A stretch of 60,121 nucleotides of DNA, counting the filler, from Sluysia triapertura (lineage: Eukaryota), in assembly GCA_046118255.1 (NCBI GenBank). It is 5 parts of 5 records of this genome, joined end to end, with 100 filler letters (N's around TTAATTAATTAA, not from the genome) between each part and the next. Parts side by side here need not be neighbours in the genome. Positions count along the whole stretch, not along the records: positions 22,123 to 34,688 come from JBJNIA010098105.1; positions 34,789 to 46,875 come from JBJNIA010140725.1; 3 more parts are not named here. One strand, given 5' to 3'. The notes under the pieces are model-generated. The model was not told where the DNA came from. It saw nothing but the letters and a program-made list of their open reading frames with translations, and made no database searches. Shown one piece after another: positions 25,755 to 39,562 of this stretch. Position numbers and translations under genes: made by a program. Each line of letters starts with the position of its first letter. Positions within the stretch are counted from its first letter, which is position 1.

Positions 25755-25855
25755 TATAGAAAATTAGCTTTATGGTTATAGAAGAAGATTCATTATATAA
25801 AAATCATTATGGAGTTAGATTGGTTAGGTAGTATAATGTAGAAGTAAATTTTCTT
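25755..25855 (+). mobile_element. Retropepsin (LTR-retrotransposon protease) C-terminal remnant
   Basis: ISFMVIEEDSLY/IIMELDWL with a frameshift, resembling FxV..IILGxDWL. Confidence 0.35.
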
Positions 25856-25869
25856 TGACTATTTTGATA

Positions 25870-26175
25870 AATAGATCGACTCCTATCTTGCTGCATGATA
25901 ACGCTGTATCACACACTATATAAGGAACTGTGACAAAATTGCAGGAAATAGTGTTGAAACTTCTTCATCATCCTGCATACTTACTAGACCTAACCTCCAC
26001 TGTCTACCACTTTTTCTACAATTAGGACAATATTTTATTAGGAAAACAATTTAATTCCGGCAATGCTGCAAAACTAGCTTTCCAGGAATTCAGTGACTCT
26101 CATTCGCCTGAATAACATGCCACTTAATTAGCAAAAATAGACAATATCGATTCTACAATTCCTTATATTTGTAAG
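25870..26175 (+). mobile_element. Mariner transposase C-terminal remnant
   Basis: NRSTPILLHDNAVSH..KLQE..LLHHPAYLLDLTSTVYHFF..DNILLGKQF..AFQEF matches mariner HDNARPH / HPPYSPDLxPxDYHFF. It has in-frame stops and the third catalytic Asp is lost. Confidence 0.85.
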
Positions 26176-26816
26176 TTATCAACCAACTTTGTCTTTTTTC
26201 CACAAATTTTAACATGGATAAGTTTGGTTATTGTTTGTAATTACATTTATATAAAAACTCAAAAGATAAGTCAAAAGTACTCACGATATCTCATAATTAT
26301 AATAAGGAAATTTAATATATCGATTTAGAATCATTTTAAGAAAAGAAATAAAGAAAACGAAGATAATCACACATCATGTTCCATTAAAACAATAAACCTA
26401 AATATTAAATTTTAACTTAGAATTACTTAAGTCAATAATCTATTCAATTATTTAATAATACCAATAGTAAGTAGTACGAAAAATTTTTCAAATATATGTA
26501 ATGATGCAGAACTCAACTACACCGTGTTCTATTTTACTATCCTATCAGACTTTGTTGTACATTTTATGAAACGAGGTAATAAGTTTTAATATATCTAAAT
26601 AGTTTAAAATATTTATTATTTATAAATGTAAGAGATGATTCCAAAGAATTTTCAAAGTTAATACTTCTTATTTTTTTAATTCTTAAATATTTTAGATTTT
26701 AATACAAGAAAATGTGCACATTTATTGTTAAACATTTAAAATAATATCAATTAATAATTTATCAATTAGTTTTATTTTGATCTTTATACGTATTTTTTAA
26801 AACCAAAGAAACTTAC

Positions 26817-27177
26817 TATGTAATAATTCATTAATAGATTTTGGTTTCGGTGTTTCCATTGATTCTTGTAACTTTCTATTTTCGAATTTGTTATTAACAG
26901 TAGAAGTAAGCATGGTGCTAGTAATAGATAAATTATGAATACTTGAATTCATTGTTTGCCTAGAAACAATATCCTATTAATATAAAATGAAGTTATTTAA
27001 TTCAATTAAATAATCGATAATCAACTAAAATATTACACTCTATAATAACGAACAATAATTGAATTTTTTCTGCGGTAAATCAGTAACGTAATTATTTGAT
27101 TGGTTTGTCGGTTCATAAATGTGTTTTTGAACACCTAATTGTTCACTCTCAGTTGAAGATGTTCCTAGATCAAGAGT
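26817..27177 (-). pseudogene. Unidentified spliced gene remnant (two S/T/N-rich exon-like blocks)
   Basis: AG-bounded open block 26973-26817 (DIVSRQTMNSS..ETPKPKSINELLH) ends at GTAAGT. An upstream block (TLDLGTSSTESEQLG..) contains a stop. Confidence 0.25.
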
Positions 27178-30100
27178 CTAAAATTATATTTATATTAATT
27201 GCATTATTAATAAAATAATTTTATTATAAAATTAATAATACATTATTGTTTTATTGTCTGATATGTTATTTATCTACGTCTTTTTTATACGTGCTTTTTT
27301 TCGAAATCTTTGTTTAGTATTACTGTAATAATAATAATAAATTTTTATCCAAACTATTAAAAACTATAATTTTTTATATTGCTATTATTATTATTATTGT
27401 TATTATTATTGTAAGAATTAATTTATTGCTTAAATTACTTATATCGTTATTAAGGTTTCGTTTTAGAATATACTTTAGATATTAACTGTAAACATGTATT
27501 GATAGATTTTATTTAGTAGTTGCATTCCTTTAATTAGCTAATTCTTAAATATATTTAAAACATATAGGTCGGTTTAATGAAAATTTAATGCGTTTATTTT
27601 ATTAAGTTAGTAATTTAAAATTGGTACATCTTTGCAAAAATTAAAATTTTAAATCAAACTTATGTTAAAAATAGTTTTCTATATTAATTATTAGTCGATG
27701 AGTTATTCAAGCAATGTTAACTTTGATAATAAATGATCAGGATCACAAATGATATCAATGACTTACTGATCAATTTCTATATATATGATAAATCAATACT
27801 AATAAATGTAACACTTCGTGTTTGTGCTGACTAAGTATTAACTTGTAAAACCAGTCAAATCATAATTGTAATGAACACTGATAGTGAATTATTGTGCAAC
27901 TACAATAAAATATTTGTACAATTTATGAATTTATCTTTATTAGAATTATAACCATAAAATAAACTAAATTCTTTTTACTTCTATTGTTTTGACCTTTTTT
28001 TAAAAATCAAATTACATTATGGCCAAATAATTTTTAATTTCATTTCATAATAATTAAACCATAGTTTATTATGTTATGTGGCTAATTTCATTTTAGTCAG
28101 TTAATTTTATTCTTTTTGAGGATATAAATTAAAATAAATCTTTTATGATTTAAAATTATAAAATCATTGCATTAGCTTCAAAAAAATTATTTAAAATCTC
28201 TGAAATTAAGACAGAAAATTCATTTAGTATGAGAAGCACTGAGTAGAACTTAATGAACAGATAAATAAGATTAAGGATTAAGCAGAATCAACGTAAGAAT
28301 GAAAAAACATATTCTAGTAAGTACGAAACAAACTTGTAACCATTAAATGAATGTGTATAAAAAATTAATAAATTATAATAGGACCAAAATTATATTATAG
28401 AAGAAATTGGGCATGTAAGTAGATAAAAATGTTCGCCCTAAATCACCTTTGCGCGCGTAGTTCGTTTCTTATAGATTAGATCGTTCCTATTGGTTGAGTG
28501 TTGTGTAATTGTTTAAAGCGTTATGATTGGTTAGAGTAAGTATTAATTTGGATTTCGTGTTAATAAATTTGAAATAGATCTTAACATATAAAATACTAAA
28601 AAATGACAATAACATCTAATATGTAGAAAATTGGTATTTAGGAGGCATTTTTGAGGCATTCTGACAGTAATACAGTAATATTGTTATAAATCAAATACTC
28701 AAATTCAGTATATTAGTTTTATTATTAACCTTATATAAGGACGTACTGGAATTACATTTAATACATTGAATTTGTTTAGTATTTCATTTTGTAATATTAT
28801 ATCTTCTTTACTTATTTCTAACAAAATTCATTTGACGGAATTTTGACGCATAATTTTATTTTGTAAATCATATCTTCTTGTAAAAAGTGCATTTCGTATG
28901 AGTTAAACATTCTAGTCTTTTTGTATATTGGTGTTTCATATTTCATAAATAAATTGATTAGATTACCTCCTTTTCGTTTACTATGGTAAGATCAATTTGG
29001 TAAGCCGATTTTGGTGAGACAGACGATTTTGGTATTGTCTTATCAACGAAAACAATTTCATTGTATATGAAAATGATACAAGAGTTTTGCATAAATATGA
29101 GGCGCGTTTGCTCTAATTTTACCAAAAACATTTTATACTCCAGTGTGTTCACATATAAAAAGAACAAATAATTTAGTCATTTCTTTGTTAAATTGTGGGG
29201 ATATAAAAAATTATGCATTTGTATAAATACGTAAAAATAAATCATGTAGTCATTTTTTACGTCACGATAGCAAATTTTGGTGACTCAAGCCGTTGCCGAC
29301 GATTCTATTACACGCAATAAAATACATTATCACTTATTGTTATATAACACCTACATCACCTTCCAAATCATTCACTCACCAAGATAATTTATAAAATACA
29401 TCTAATAAATAACACAAATATTTAAAACATTATAATTATTAATAGTGATAATATTTTTATATTATAATATTTAATGGTAATATGGAAATGCACTGAAATG
29501 CGGCTAAAATAGAAAAGTTGCACAGCACTGCTGAAGGTCGACAAAATATCGGACAATTTGAGTCTGAAAAGGAAAATGTTGACCCATTAAAAGTTATCAC
29601 GCTTATTGAAGAATATTTCCGGACTCACCGAGGGTCCTTATGAGTGTAAATTTCTCATTTTTAATTTATTTTTATTTTTAAACATAGAAAATATAGATTG
29701 GATCATTTATAAATCAGTTGTCCGAAATAAACAGATAATTTTATTTGTTTTTATTTTTTTTAAATATATTGCGGTTTCAGAGATGTTCTTATTTTGTCAT
29801 GGATTTGGGGGTATAAAATATTAGTCCTTCAAAATCATTTTAAATTATCAGCGCCTTTGTATTAATGATGCTTGCATTCATTGTGTGAAAACATTTAAAA
29901 AAATAAAAACTTGTACACCAAAAAGGTATTAAATTGCATGAACTAAATTAATATAAGTAAAGCATCAGAAATAATTATATAAAATAATAACGCAATATGT
30001 TCAATTATGTCCATAATAAGAATTTAGTACGATACACATAGTTTAGTGACGCAAATGTAGGTCTATAGAAATATTTTAATATTATGTGTTATGAGGTAAG

Positions 30101-31416
30101 CATAAAAGTTATCGTGTAGTATATCATAAAAATTTAAAAATAAATCAACATCTAAAGTTCATTTTCTAATAGTACTACATCTTCAAAATCATTAAAAAAG
30201 ACAGATCCACATATAATATTTCAAAGTGATAAGGACAATAGAGACAGTGATAATTTTCGTACTCCAACATAAAGGACGTAATTATTGCAAAAATGTAAGT
30301 CCATTAAGATCAAATCCGCTTCCATCATTAATAACAAATTATTTAAAAAACATAAAGCCTGTAGTACGTAAAGCAGTACCAAAAACCAAAAACCAGACAA
30401 CCATTAATATAAGAATGAGATAAACGAAAACAATAAGAGAAAAAAGGATGGTTCGTATTTGCCAAATACAAAGACGTGTATAATTTAAGTTAAACATCAA
30501 AATATATTTATAATTAATTATTTTGTAAATTCTTCACTAAACTATGGAAAGTAGCTGTAATCACAATGAAGACTCTTTGCGTTTTCAACATTCTATAATG
30601 TTCAAAAGTTTGAACAAAAATGAATTTCTCAATGTATTAGTGACGTTGACTTGGAAAATATATAACGTTTTATTAATATTCAAAGATATGATTTATTGAT
30701 AAAAATAAAAATATTATGCGTCAAATAGAAACTCGAGCACCATAAATATATAAAATTGTGACTACAATCCTGTCAGTTACTTGAAGCCAATTGAGTGTAA
30801 ATAAAAGTAAGATTCTATTAATTTTTATTTAATAATGCATAAAATATCTCCATGTATTGCTTCTGAAATAATATTATGACACGAGCACTTGAAATAAATG
30901 GAAATGAAGAAAAAGGTTCTCAAAATATTTCTTGAAAAATTAAAAGAAAAAATATAAATAATAAATAAATAAATGTATATTTTTTATGTGTTTCTTTCGA
31001 TTTATTATAATTATGTTGTTTTAAGTTAATTTTAAGAATTGATTTAAATAATAATGCATCGCACAAAATTATACACCCCAACTTATTAATTGAAAAAATG
31101 CAAGAAGTCTCATTTGCAAGCAAAGTGGACGTTTTATTGGTACAATACTACCAATTGTGGTATCATATGCTGGTGAATTGGGACAAATAAAATATTTAAA
31201 TATTATCTAGTTTATCCAGTAAAAGTTTCTGTATAAAATCAGATTGTTGTAATGGAGGATCAAAAAAGAAGACAATGTCGATGGATAAATGGTTCGATCC
31301 AAGACTCAGTTTGTTACACAGCTTTAGAAGAGCTAGAAAAAAGACGAAAATGATGAATGAAGATTTGACAAAATGATTGATACGTGAGTTGGATTATTCA
31401 CTTAACACGTAAATAT

Positions 31417-31995
31417 GATTTATAGCAAGCTGATTTAATGGAAGCACTCCATGTTTAAAATTAATAATGTTTGCAAATATATTTTAAATTGTGTTGATGT
31501 ATTTTCAAAATTTACAAGAGCGGTTCAAAAGAGTTCTAAAGATGTGAGTGATGTAGTGTCGATATTAATTACAAACGACAGCCTATAAATTTTCAAACTG
31601 ATTTAGGTAAATAGTTTTACAATAAAGATGTGAAAAAAGTACTATAAAAACATGAAGTTAATTATTATTCAGTGTTTAGTCAGTAATGCTTAGGCAGCAA
31701 TAATTGAACGATTTAATCGTACTATAAGAAATAATTTTAAAAAATATTTTATAAAACAAGGTAATATAAATAGATTAATGTATTATTGTATACAATCATG
31801 TATACAATCATGTATACAGTAATCATCGACGACATATGGACATAAAAATTCAAAAAATTCATTCATAAAAAACTTTAATAATAACTGAAGTGATGAGGTG
31901 TTTCAAATGTATACAAGACAAAATCCTGTAATCTATGTATTAAAAGATAATTATAGTGAGACTGTACAAGGAAAATTTTATCATGAAAAATTAAA
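31417..31995 (+). mobile_element. Polinton/Maverick (adintovirus-like) retroviral-type integrase, decayed
   Basis: L*QADLME..KYILNCVDVFSKF..FQTDLGK*FYNKDV..AAIIERFNRTIR..N*SDEVF..PVIYVLKD..VQGKFYHEKL: the DDE motifs and C-terminal signature of Maverick integrases. Confidence 0.88.
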
Positions 31996-32819
31996 TAATT
32001 TGTCTTATTGAATCAACTCTATCAACTAAAAGTAAATTATTATCAAAATTATTATCAATAATTTTAATCATAAAAATTATAATAAATCAATATATTATTT
32101 ACAAAAGTAAGTAGTTCATTAATGATAAAAATAAATTAAACAAAGACGTTACCTTTTTAGTATCGTATTTGTTTTAGTTTGATATTATTTTATTTTTTAT
32201 TGGATGTTGAATACTATATACGGATTCAAAAAAGATTACTCAAGTTTTTTATTCATTATTAATTTACAGAATTACAATGAAGACATAGTATAATAGGAAT
32301 AAATTTTTCGGACACAATCATTTTACATTCTGAAGTAAGTTTTTGTAATTAATATATTTATTGCTTTTTAGTGTGAAGAAATTCATGCGATAAACATGTG
32401 GACCATAATTTAATTTTTGGAAAGTCGTCGAAGAAGATATTTCAAAATTCAAAAACATTTAAAAATATATGGAAATAAAAGCAAGATGTACAAAAGTAAG
32501 TGTTATTTTAATTAAATTATTTTTTAGATAATGTGTACGAAAATATAAATTGTGTCAAAGATGAAGAAAAAAATACAGTTGGAAAAAATAATTTAATACT
32601 ATATAGGTTTCGGGAGGCCTTTTACCTCTAAAAATATTCATTTAGAAAGTGATTTAAGTGATTTTAACTTACAATTTAAATGATCAAAATCAGTCATTTT
32701 TCCTAACTAAATCCAAGGTCAAGTTTAAAGAATCGTACATAAGGAAATTAAAGAATGGCGCATAAGTGAACCACCTATGGTGTACGATAATTTAGGCAGT
32801 GTACTTTATTACAACAAAA

Positions 32820-33600
32820 TTTTCAAACTTAACCTTTTTAAGTGGTAGGTCATATATTAAGACATCAGATAGGTTAAAACATGCTTACAATGTTATTAAT
32901 GCTCAAAATAATGATAACATATGTTTTTTGTATTCAATATTATCAATTTTGAAATATGATTTTGTAGATAAAATACAGATTCCGTGTTAAAAATTACACA
33001 AAATATTTGGATAAATTCAATTACAAAGATTTTGAATTCATCATGACTATATATAATATATCTAAATTTGAACAATTAAATAACTTACCAGGAAATGTTT
33101 TTAAATGTGATATCCATGAGAAGGACGGCATTTTTGAAAATATTGCGAGAAATTTAATTGTCCAGTTTCTTTTTAAAATGTATTGATGTTAATTCAAATA
33201 CTTTATTAAACGTAATGATTAAAGATGAATTATTTGATGTCAAATCATGATACAATGTATGGTACTAAATTTCAAGATATAATAGGTAAACTAATGTCGA
33301 AAGTCAAAATAAAGTAAAATATATTGAATTGATATTTTTGAGGTCCAAATGCTATTCCTTATTTTATAGTACTACTGATACAATATGGCTAAAAGGGTCG
33401 CTCTTTAAAGCACCAACAAAAGTCATCAAGAATATAAAGAATGTTTTGAAAATTGTGTCAATTATTCTGTAGATCACACCAGAATTGACCTCAAAACCAT
33501 CTATTATATGCAATCAAATGAAAGAAAATTGCATTATCCAACAAAGAAAACAGGAAGGACTGACTGGAGAATAATCAAAGTATAGCTTATGGACAATACT
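32820..33600 (+). mobile_element. Polinton/Maverick protein-primed DNA polymerase B; N- and C-terminal pieces with a large internal deletion
   Basis: N-part: GRSYIK..VINAQNNDNICFLYSIL..ISKFEQLNN. C-part: ELIFLRSKCYS..AKRV..HQEYKECF..NHLLYAIK*KKIALS..SIAYGQY (cf. LRSKMYS, KAKGV, KIALSxxDDKR, YGHY). Confidence 0.82.
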
Positions 33601-33772
33601 TTCTTAACAATGATAATGATGACGAATTTTGATGACTTTAATCTTCTTATTTTGATAAGGATTTTTAATAAATGTTTCATTTGTTTTTTTCTTGGCGTTA
33701 ATGTTAGTAAATTTGTATACTAATAATATACATTTTACTAATTCTACAGATTTTACAGGCATTTAAGATTTA

Positions 33773-33774
<2 letters not shown>

Positions 33775-33808
<34 letters not shown>
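33775..33808. repeat. (AT)n microsatellite
   Basis: Directly visible. Confidence 0.95.
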
Positions 33809-33812
<4 letters not shown>

Positions 33813-34688
33813 GTATTTTAAAAATATGAAGGTAGTTGTCTATTATCCATAATAATAGTCTTAAATATATCGTTTTAGTAATGTTGATGATTTTCTGTCA
33901 TTTAATTATATTGAATAACGGTTAGCAACAATCTCATTACACGGCAGTTATAACATTGGAATGACATTAATTTTTCTTGTATAAATTGGTTTGTGTAATC
34001 ATGATGAACGCTGTTTAGATGGAGATTTCTTTGGACAGTCATCGCTAAAAGATTTGATATATTAGATTATGTAAATTGATAACCATAGAACTTTCGCAGA
34101 TATAATCACGGTAACCATAGAATCATCATGGGTTTGTAACCTAATATTATATATCACAATCTTGTATAAACTATATAAGTATGGTTGATTGTCAGATTAA
34201 GAAATAACAGATCATAAATGTGATAGCCAACCTATTATCTTAAAAAATTTTATTAAAAATTTATTTAAATATATTTCACATTTCCAAAAAAATCCATTAA
34301 AACATTTCTTTGAACATAACACTCACTCCAAAAATCTACAACTCACATTTCTAAATTCACAAATAATACAAAAAATAATTAAAATCTTAATCGCTTCAAC
34401 ACTACACAACAACCTTGCAAATCCTTCACAACCGTTCTTATACCTCAATTATTTTCACATCCACCAAAATGAACTCCCATTTTTCAAAACATTTCAAATC
34501 TACCATTTACATTCAAAAATTAACATAAAACAATATTAAACTAAATCAACACAATCTACAAAAAACCACATTCTCATATTTACCTCCTCTGCGTTCTCTA
34601 AAACAATTCATCCGCTAAAGTCAATTTAAATCTACAACCTTATAACATATAAACCACGGTGACATTCAATACCATCAAATTACATTAA

Positions 34689-34788
34689 NNNNNNNNNNNN
34701 NNNNNNNNNNNNNNNNNNNNNNNNNNNNNNNNTTAATTAATTAANNNNNNNNNNNNNNNNNNNNNNNNNNNNNNNNNNNNNNNNNNNN
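34689..34788. other. Artificial contig spacer
   Basis: Same 100-bp linker. Confidence 0.98.
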
Positions 34789-36966
34789 TTCCTTCTGGAA
34801 GTTTCTTTTTTAATAAGTTTTAAAATATAATAAATATAATGATTTTTAAAATAATAAATTTAATATATTTTTATAATAAATATATTTTTTAATAAATTTT
34901 CAACAATTAAAAAATTTAAAACTTTATACATTTTTTACAAGTCTTTACATGCTTTTAATATTGCATCAGTTCCGATTATAATCGTTCATTAAAAATATTG
35001 AACCAATCAGATTACATGCATTGAAAAACTTAATATAATTATTTACGAAAATGTATGAGTTTACCTCATATTAACGAATATTACTTTAAGCTTGCACATA
35101 AAAGCGAAACAAACTTCAATATTTAAACAAAATGAATTGTTACTAAATTCCTTAAAATTTCATTGTAACGATTATTTGAAACTGACTTGAAATGCGTAAG
35201 GAACTTTCAAATTATTTTATTGCAAAAGGTTTCTTACATAAAGAAATTTGTTAATTTTTTCTTTGGATATTAATAATGCGTCAATATTTATTTTCGTAAT
35301 TTATTATAAACATCAAGAAATTAATAATTAAACCAATTGTATTTTTTTATCTCATTAATCTAATCAGCGGTTGTTGTGATGGTAACATAAATTACCGATT
35401 ATCATTAACGGGTTAATCGTCAATTTAGTAATTAGTTGTGAGAATTTTTTATTAAATTATAAATTAATGTTCTTCGTAAAATGATAAATTACAGTAAAAT
35501 AAAAATTATAATTTAAAATATATCAAATGACAATTTAAAAATCTTAAAATTTAATTATAAAATAAATCTAAAATATCTTGGTAATCTTAAAATATTCTGA
35601 AATCAAACATACAGACGAAATTAATAAAAAAATAGAATGCAAGAAACACAAAGTTGAACTCTCCAGACTTAATTAATGAAAATGTACAGATATAAAGGCA
35701 GCATCATATAACGAAAAAACTAGAAATTTATTAAAATGGAAATGAAGAAACTATGGAACACTATTGGAAAGAAATAGTACACAATTTTTAAACTGTAGAT
35801 ACAATTAAAAGATTTTCTATTACATAATTATTTAAAAAATATTTAGCTTCGGAATTATGTAAAAATATTTCAGAATACAATATACTATGATAACCTAATT
35901 AACTATATTTCAATAAAAAATAAAATTTCAATACCATTTTTGAGAAGTAATATTTATAAACATAAGATACTTCCAGATAAATATATAATAGGTTCACAAA
36001 TATTCAAATGTCACATTCTATCATTTTAAGAGTATTAAAGTAAGTTTTTATATTCAAATAAAATTCTCAATGTTTCATACAATTTTTCCACCTATAATTC
36101 GGAAAAATTGTGAGCGTTTTTTATTTTATTTTATTTCATTTATTTTTAAAATTTAAATGGAATCAGTACAATATCAAAATGTAATCATATTTATCTTTCT
36201 CACAGATAATATTTAAACTCTATTTTGACGAAAATCAAGAAATTTCCATTATAACATTTTTCTGTTATTTTCAAAATGCAAAAACATCAGTATTAGCTAA
36301 AGAAAATATGGAATATCAAAATTAAAGAAAAATAACAACCAATAAATTTCTAATCAGTGGACTTTGTAAACGTCTTTAAATAAAAATGGTATATAACATC
36401 GCTTTAGTTTTATTTCATGTTTTTGAACAGATGAAATTCAAGAAACTCGTTTTAAAATGTATCACAATAATTTGGATACTTAGCGTTAAAATAACTACTA
36501 TCAAACCATGAATAAATGTAAATAGAGATTAAAAATAAAAACGATTAAAGATGAATAATTAAATTGAATTACTAATAATTAAGCCATTGTTATTATTTAA
36601 ACTCATTATGAAAAGTTGAATTAACTAAAAGTACACACTACACATAAAACTCAATAAATACTTAAAAATAAATCAATAGAAATTAAACGTATTATCTTGC
36701 ATAATAAGCAAATTAAATATTTGTTTTACTTAATAAATAATCGAATTAATTGCTAAATGTTAACAGAGAATTATTGAAATTTGTCACATTCAAAACATAC
36801 ATATTGTTAATGTTTTGGAAAAATTATTAAATTAATTTTTTGTTTTTATACACAAATTTAGATTTATAAAAAATCTAATTTCTACTGAAAAATAATTATT
36901 TAAGACAAACAATTATAAATGATTTAAATTTTTAATGTTATTTCTTACTACCTTGTAAACATTTGA

Positions 36967-37015
<49 letters not shown>

Positions 37016-37040
37016 TAATATAATAATAATAATAATAATA
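36967..37040. repeat. (AAT)n microsatellite
   Basis: Directly visible. Similar tracts lie at 45418-45457, 47893-47940 and 50328-50384, and (ATT)n at 57435-57492. Confidence 0.95.
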
Positions 37041-37244
37041 CTGCTACTAGTACTCATTCCAATCACAAATTAATCAATTGATAATTATTCTGATTCAGTT
37101 CTATAAATATGCACATGATTCATTGTGATTACTCTATTGCTATAATTATTAAAATTATTCTTATATATAATGTGAATAAATTGACTAATAAATATTCTTT
37201 TATAACGCTTTCTTAAGTGTAATTAATTTTTAATATATTCTTAA

Positions 37245-38405
37245 CACTAGATTGCCCGTCGTTTCTTGCCTATATTGTCCAAAAACAGTCAAAATGGCTG
37301 CATTGTGAAAAAATAACTAATGTGTAAAGAAAACTGTTTAAAATTAATTTTTAATATTTCTTATATTACAGTTATACAAGTTATTAGTAAATATTAACAA
37401 TAAAAAAATTTAATTTGAAAAAAATAATGTATGCATTATTATTTGTATATTTTATGCAAATGAAGGTGGAAATCTTTTTATGTGTACATGTTCTGCAAAC
37501 ATACTTTGACATTTTTCACATATTATTTGTTTTGTTGACAAAATTTGCCTTTGTGAGGATGGGTTGCATTTGATCTTTGTGGGTCTTCATGTTCTGATAA
37601 ATTTATCTGTCTTGCAACCCCATATTTGTTGGAAAGCTGTTCTGCTAATTGAATTAAGAACTATTTTCGTTCCATTTGTATTCCTGTCGTTTCTTTGTAA
37701 ATGATCCAAGAATTTGTGACAGCCAAATCTAAAATGTTGAAAAATATTTGGAGGGGCCATCTACGAGAACTATCTTTTACTGTATATTTTCTGGCCATTT
37801 TATTCACCATATCTACTCCAAATTTTGTACTGTTATAAAATTGAATTGATTCCGGTAACAGTTTTTTTATTAATTTTATCAATTTTAACAAATTTATGCT
37901 TAGAACTTAGAAAAGCTACTTTTTATTTGGTTTGCTTTTATATATTGTAAGAACACAATTCTCTGATTTATATATCAAAGTGGAAAAACAAGGCATGTTA
38001 TCCTTCGTCTGTTTGGCTGCCTTGGGTTGTTCTTTTTTGTTTCCTCGAATAGTTCCAACTAGAGTTGATTTTTTGGCCAATAATTTTGTCGCAAGTGACA
38101 CTCTAGTGAAAAAGTTATTGGTCGTGATATTTCTTCCACAGTTTATGTATGGCTCGACAAGTTTCCGAACAACGTGTTCACTGATAAGCATTCACGATGG
38201 ACGTTGTTCATCTTTCCCTAAATAAGGAAAACCATTCAAAATGTATTTGCTACTAACATCTGATGTAAGCCAAAATTTGATGCCAAATTTGTTGGGTTTA
38301 TTAGGCATATATTGTGTAAACCTGCACCTAGATTTTGACGGAAATCATTGCTCGTCACGTGTTACATCTTGCCCTGGTCGATAGCAAGCTTGACTATTTT
38401 CAATA
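37245..38405 (-). mobile_element. piggyBac transposon, 5'-truncated and inactivated, with one terminus
   Basis: RDEQ*FP..RCRFTQYMPNKPNKFGIKFW, GRNITTNNFF, LVGTIRGNK, FYNSTKFGVDMVN..RRWPLQIFFNILDLA and a C-terminal Cys-rich region (CEKC..CRTC). TTAA at 37241-37244 is followed by a CACTAG terminus. The catalytic TDN is mutated to TNN. Confidence 0.92.
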
Positions 38406-39331
38406 AGTACAGACGTCGATAAACAAGTTTTAATTTTTTCCTTAATAATTGTGCTAAATATAGTTTCGGTGACCCAATATTCTAAGTTTTCAAATAATTT
38501 CATTTTTTCTTAAGACTTCATAAATTTCTTTTAAATAAGAAATAACTGAATTAATGTACCGAAGAACTTTTGTTAATAGTCAAAATTGTTGTAAACTTTG
38601 ACATCTCCATCTATTTTATTTCGTGTAAAATTCAATTTTTTAAATTTTTTTCTTTTTCTTATTTGCATAACATAAATACTCAAAAACTATCAAATCATTG
38701 ACACAAATTTGTATGCTTCTCTAAAAGATAACACCTTCTGCGGTGTTTCAATTCTTACCTACGATTATAATGTATTAGTTACATATGCATCCACACATAC
38801 TCAAACCTCAACTTACACTCATTTCAAAATACACTTAAGGAACATTTAGTACTAACCGAAGTCTGATACTCATGATAGCAATACATGACCTCATAAAATA
38901 CTAAGTGTAAAAATTTTAAATAAAGTTAAAATCCTAATTATAGACAGTAGTAATATTGACTCTAACTTTTGTAAACACTACAGGAATATTCGTTATTATT
39001 GCAATTCACGCTATCGTCGCCCTAATTTATCAGTTGTATCTATTGTTATGGCACAATTGTAAAGTATAGTAACAAGCTTGATTTTGATATCGTAATTAAG
39101 AACATAATTGAATTAAAAAGTTACTTTAAGGCACCATTAATTCTTTTCAACTATTATTTACTATTACTTCTGTTAATCTGTAAATGTCTAAAGATTTAGC
39201 AATCCAACAAACTAATATTGATGCTGTTAAAGCTAGATAAATAGCAGTGGCGTTGGGTGATTTTGGAATTGATATTTTTATTAACCAATTTTATGAGAGG
39301 AATATGTTATGATGTCAAAAATTGTTTTAGG

Positions 39332-39562
39332 ATGGACCCTAATGCTTTTCAGCTGGAAAAAGAGATAGGTTCCGAAAGTTTTCCAACCAATGAAAATTTC
39401 TTTGGACTTGTAAATTTTGAAAATATGTTACTGCAATTCGGTTCTGCAAGCACTATTTTTTTGTTTTTGTCCATTTCGCAAGAAGTTGTTGCAGTACAAG
39501 CACCAAACCAAGGGTCAGATTAAAGAAAGCGAATATTCAGGGAAAGTGTCAAGTAAAACAAA
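39332..39562 (+). pseudogene. USP12/USP46 deubiquitinase N-terminal fragment, frameshifted in the Cys box
   Basis: [31 protein letters not shown]/(frameshift)[22 protein letters not shown] vs USP46 [46 protein letters not shown]. The rest of the gene is not found. Confidence 0.85.

Noticed and set aside
28440-28540. Promoter with two CCAAT boxes and a CG-rich patch
   Set aside because: No supportable gene follows, and the motifs are too short to call.
21400-31900. Alternative genetic code (TGA at conserved Trp positions in HUWE1 and the Polinton integrase)
   Set aside because: The same relics also show TAG for Trp and Glu, plus frameshifts, while intact ALG12 and SLC37 exons have no in-frame stops and SLC37 uses TGG. 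This is G-to-A decay.
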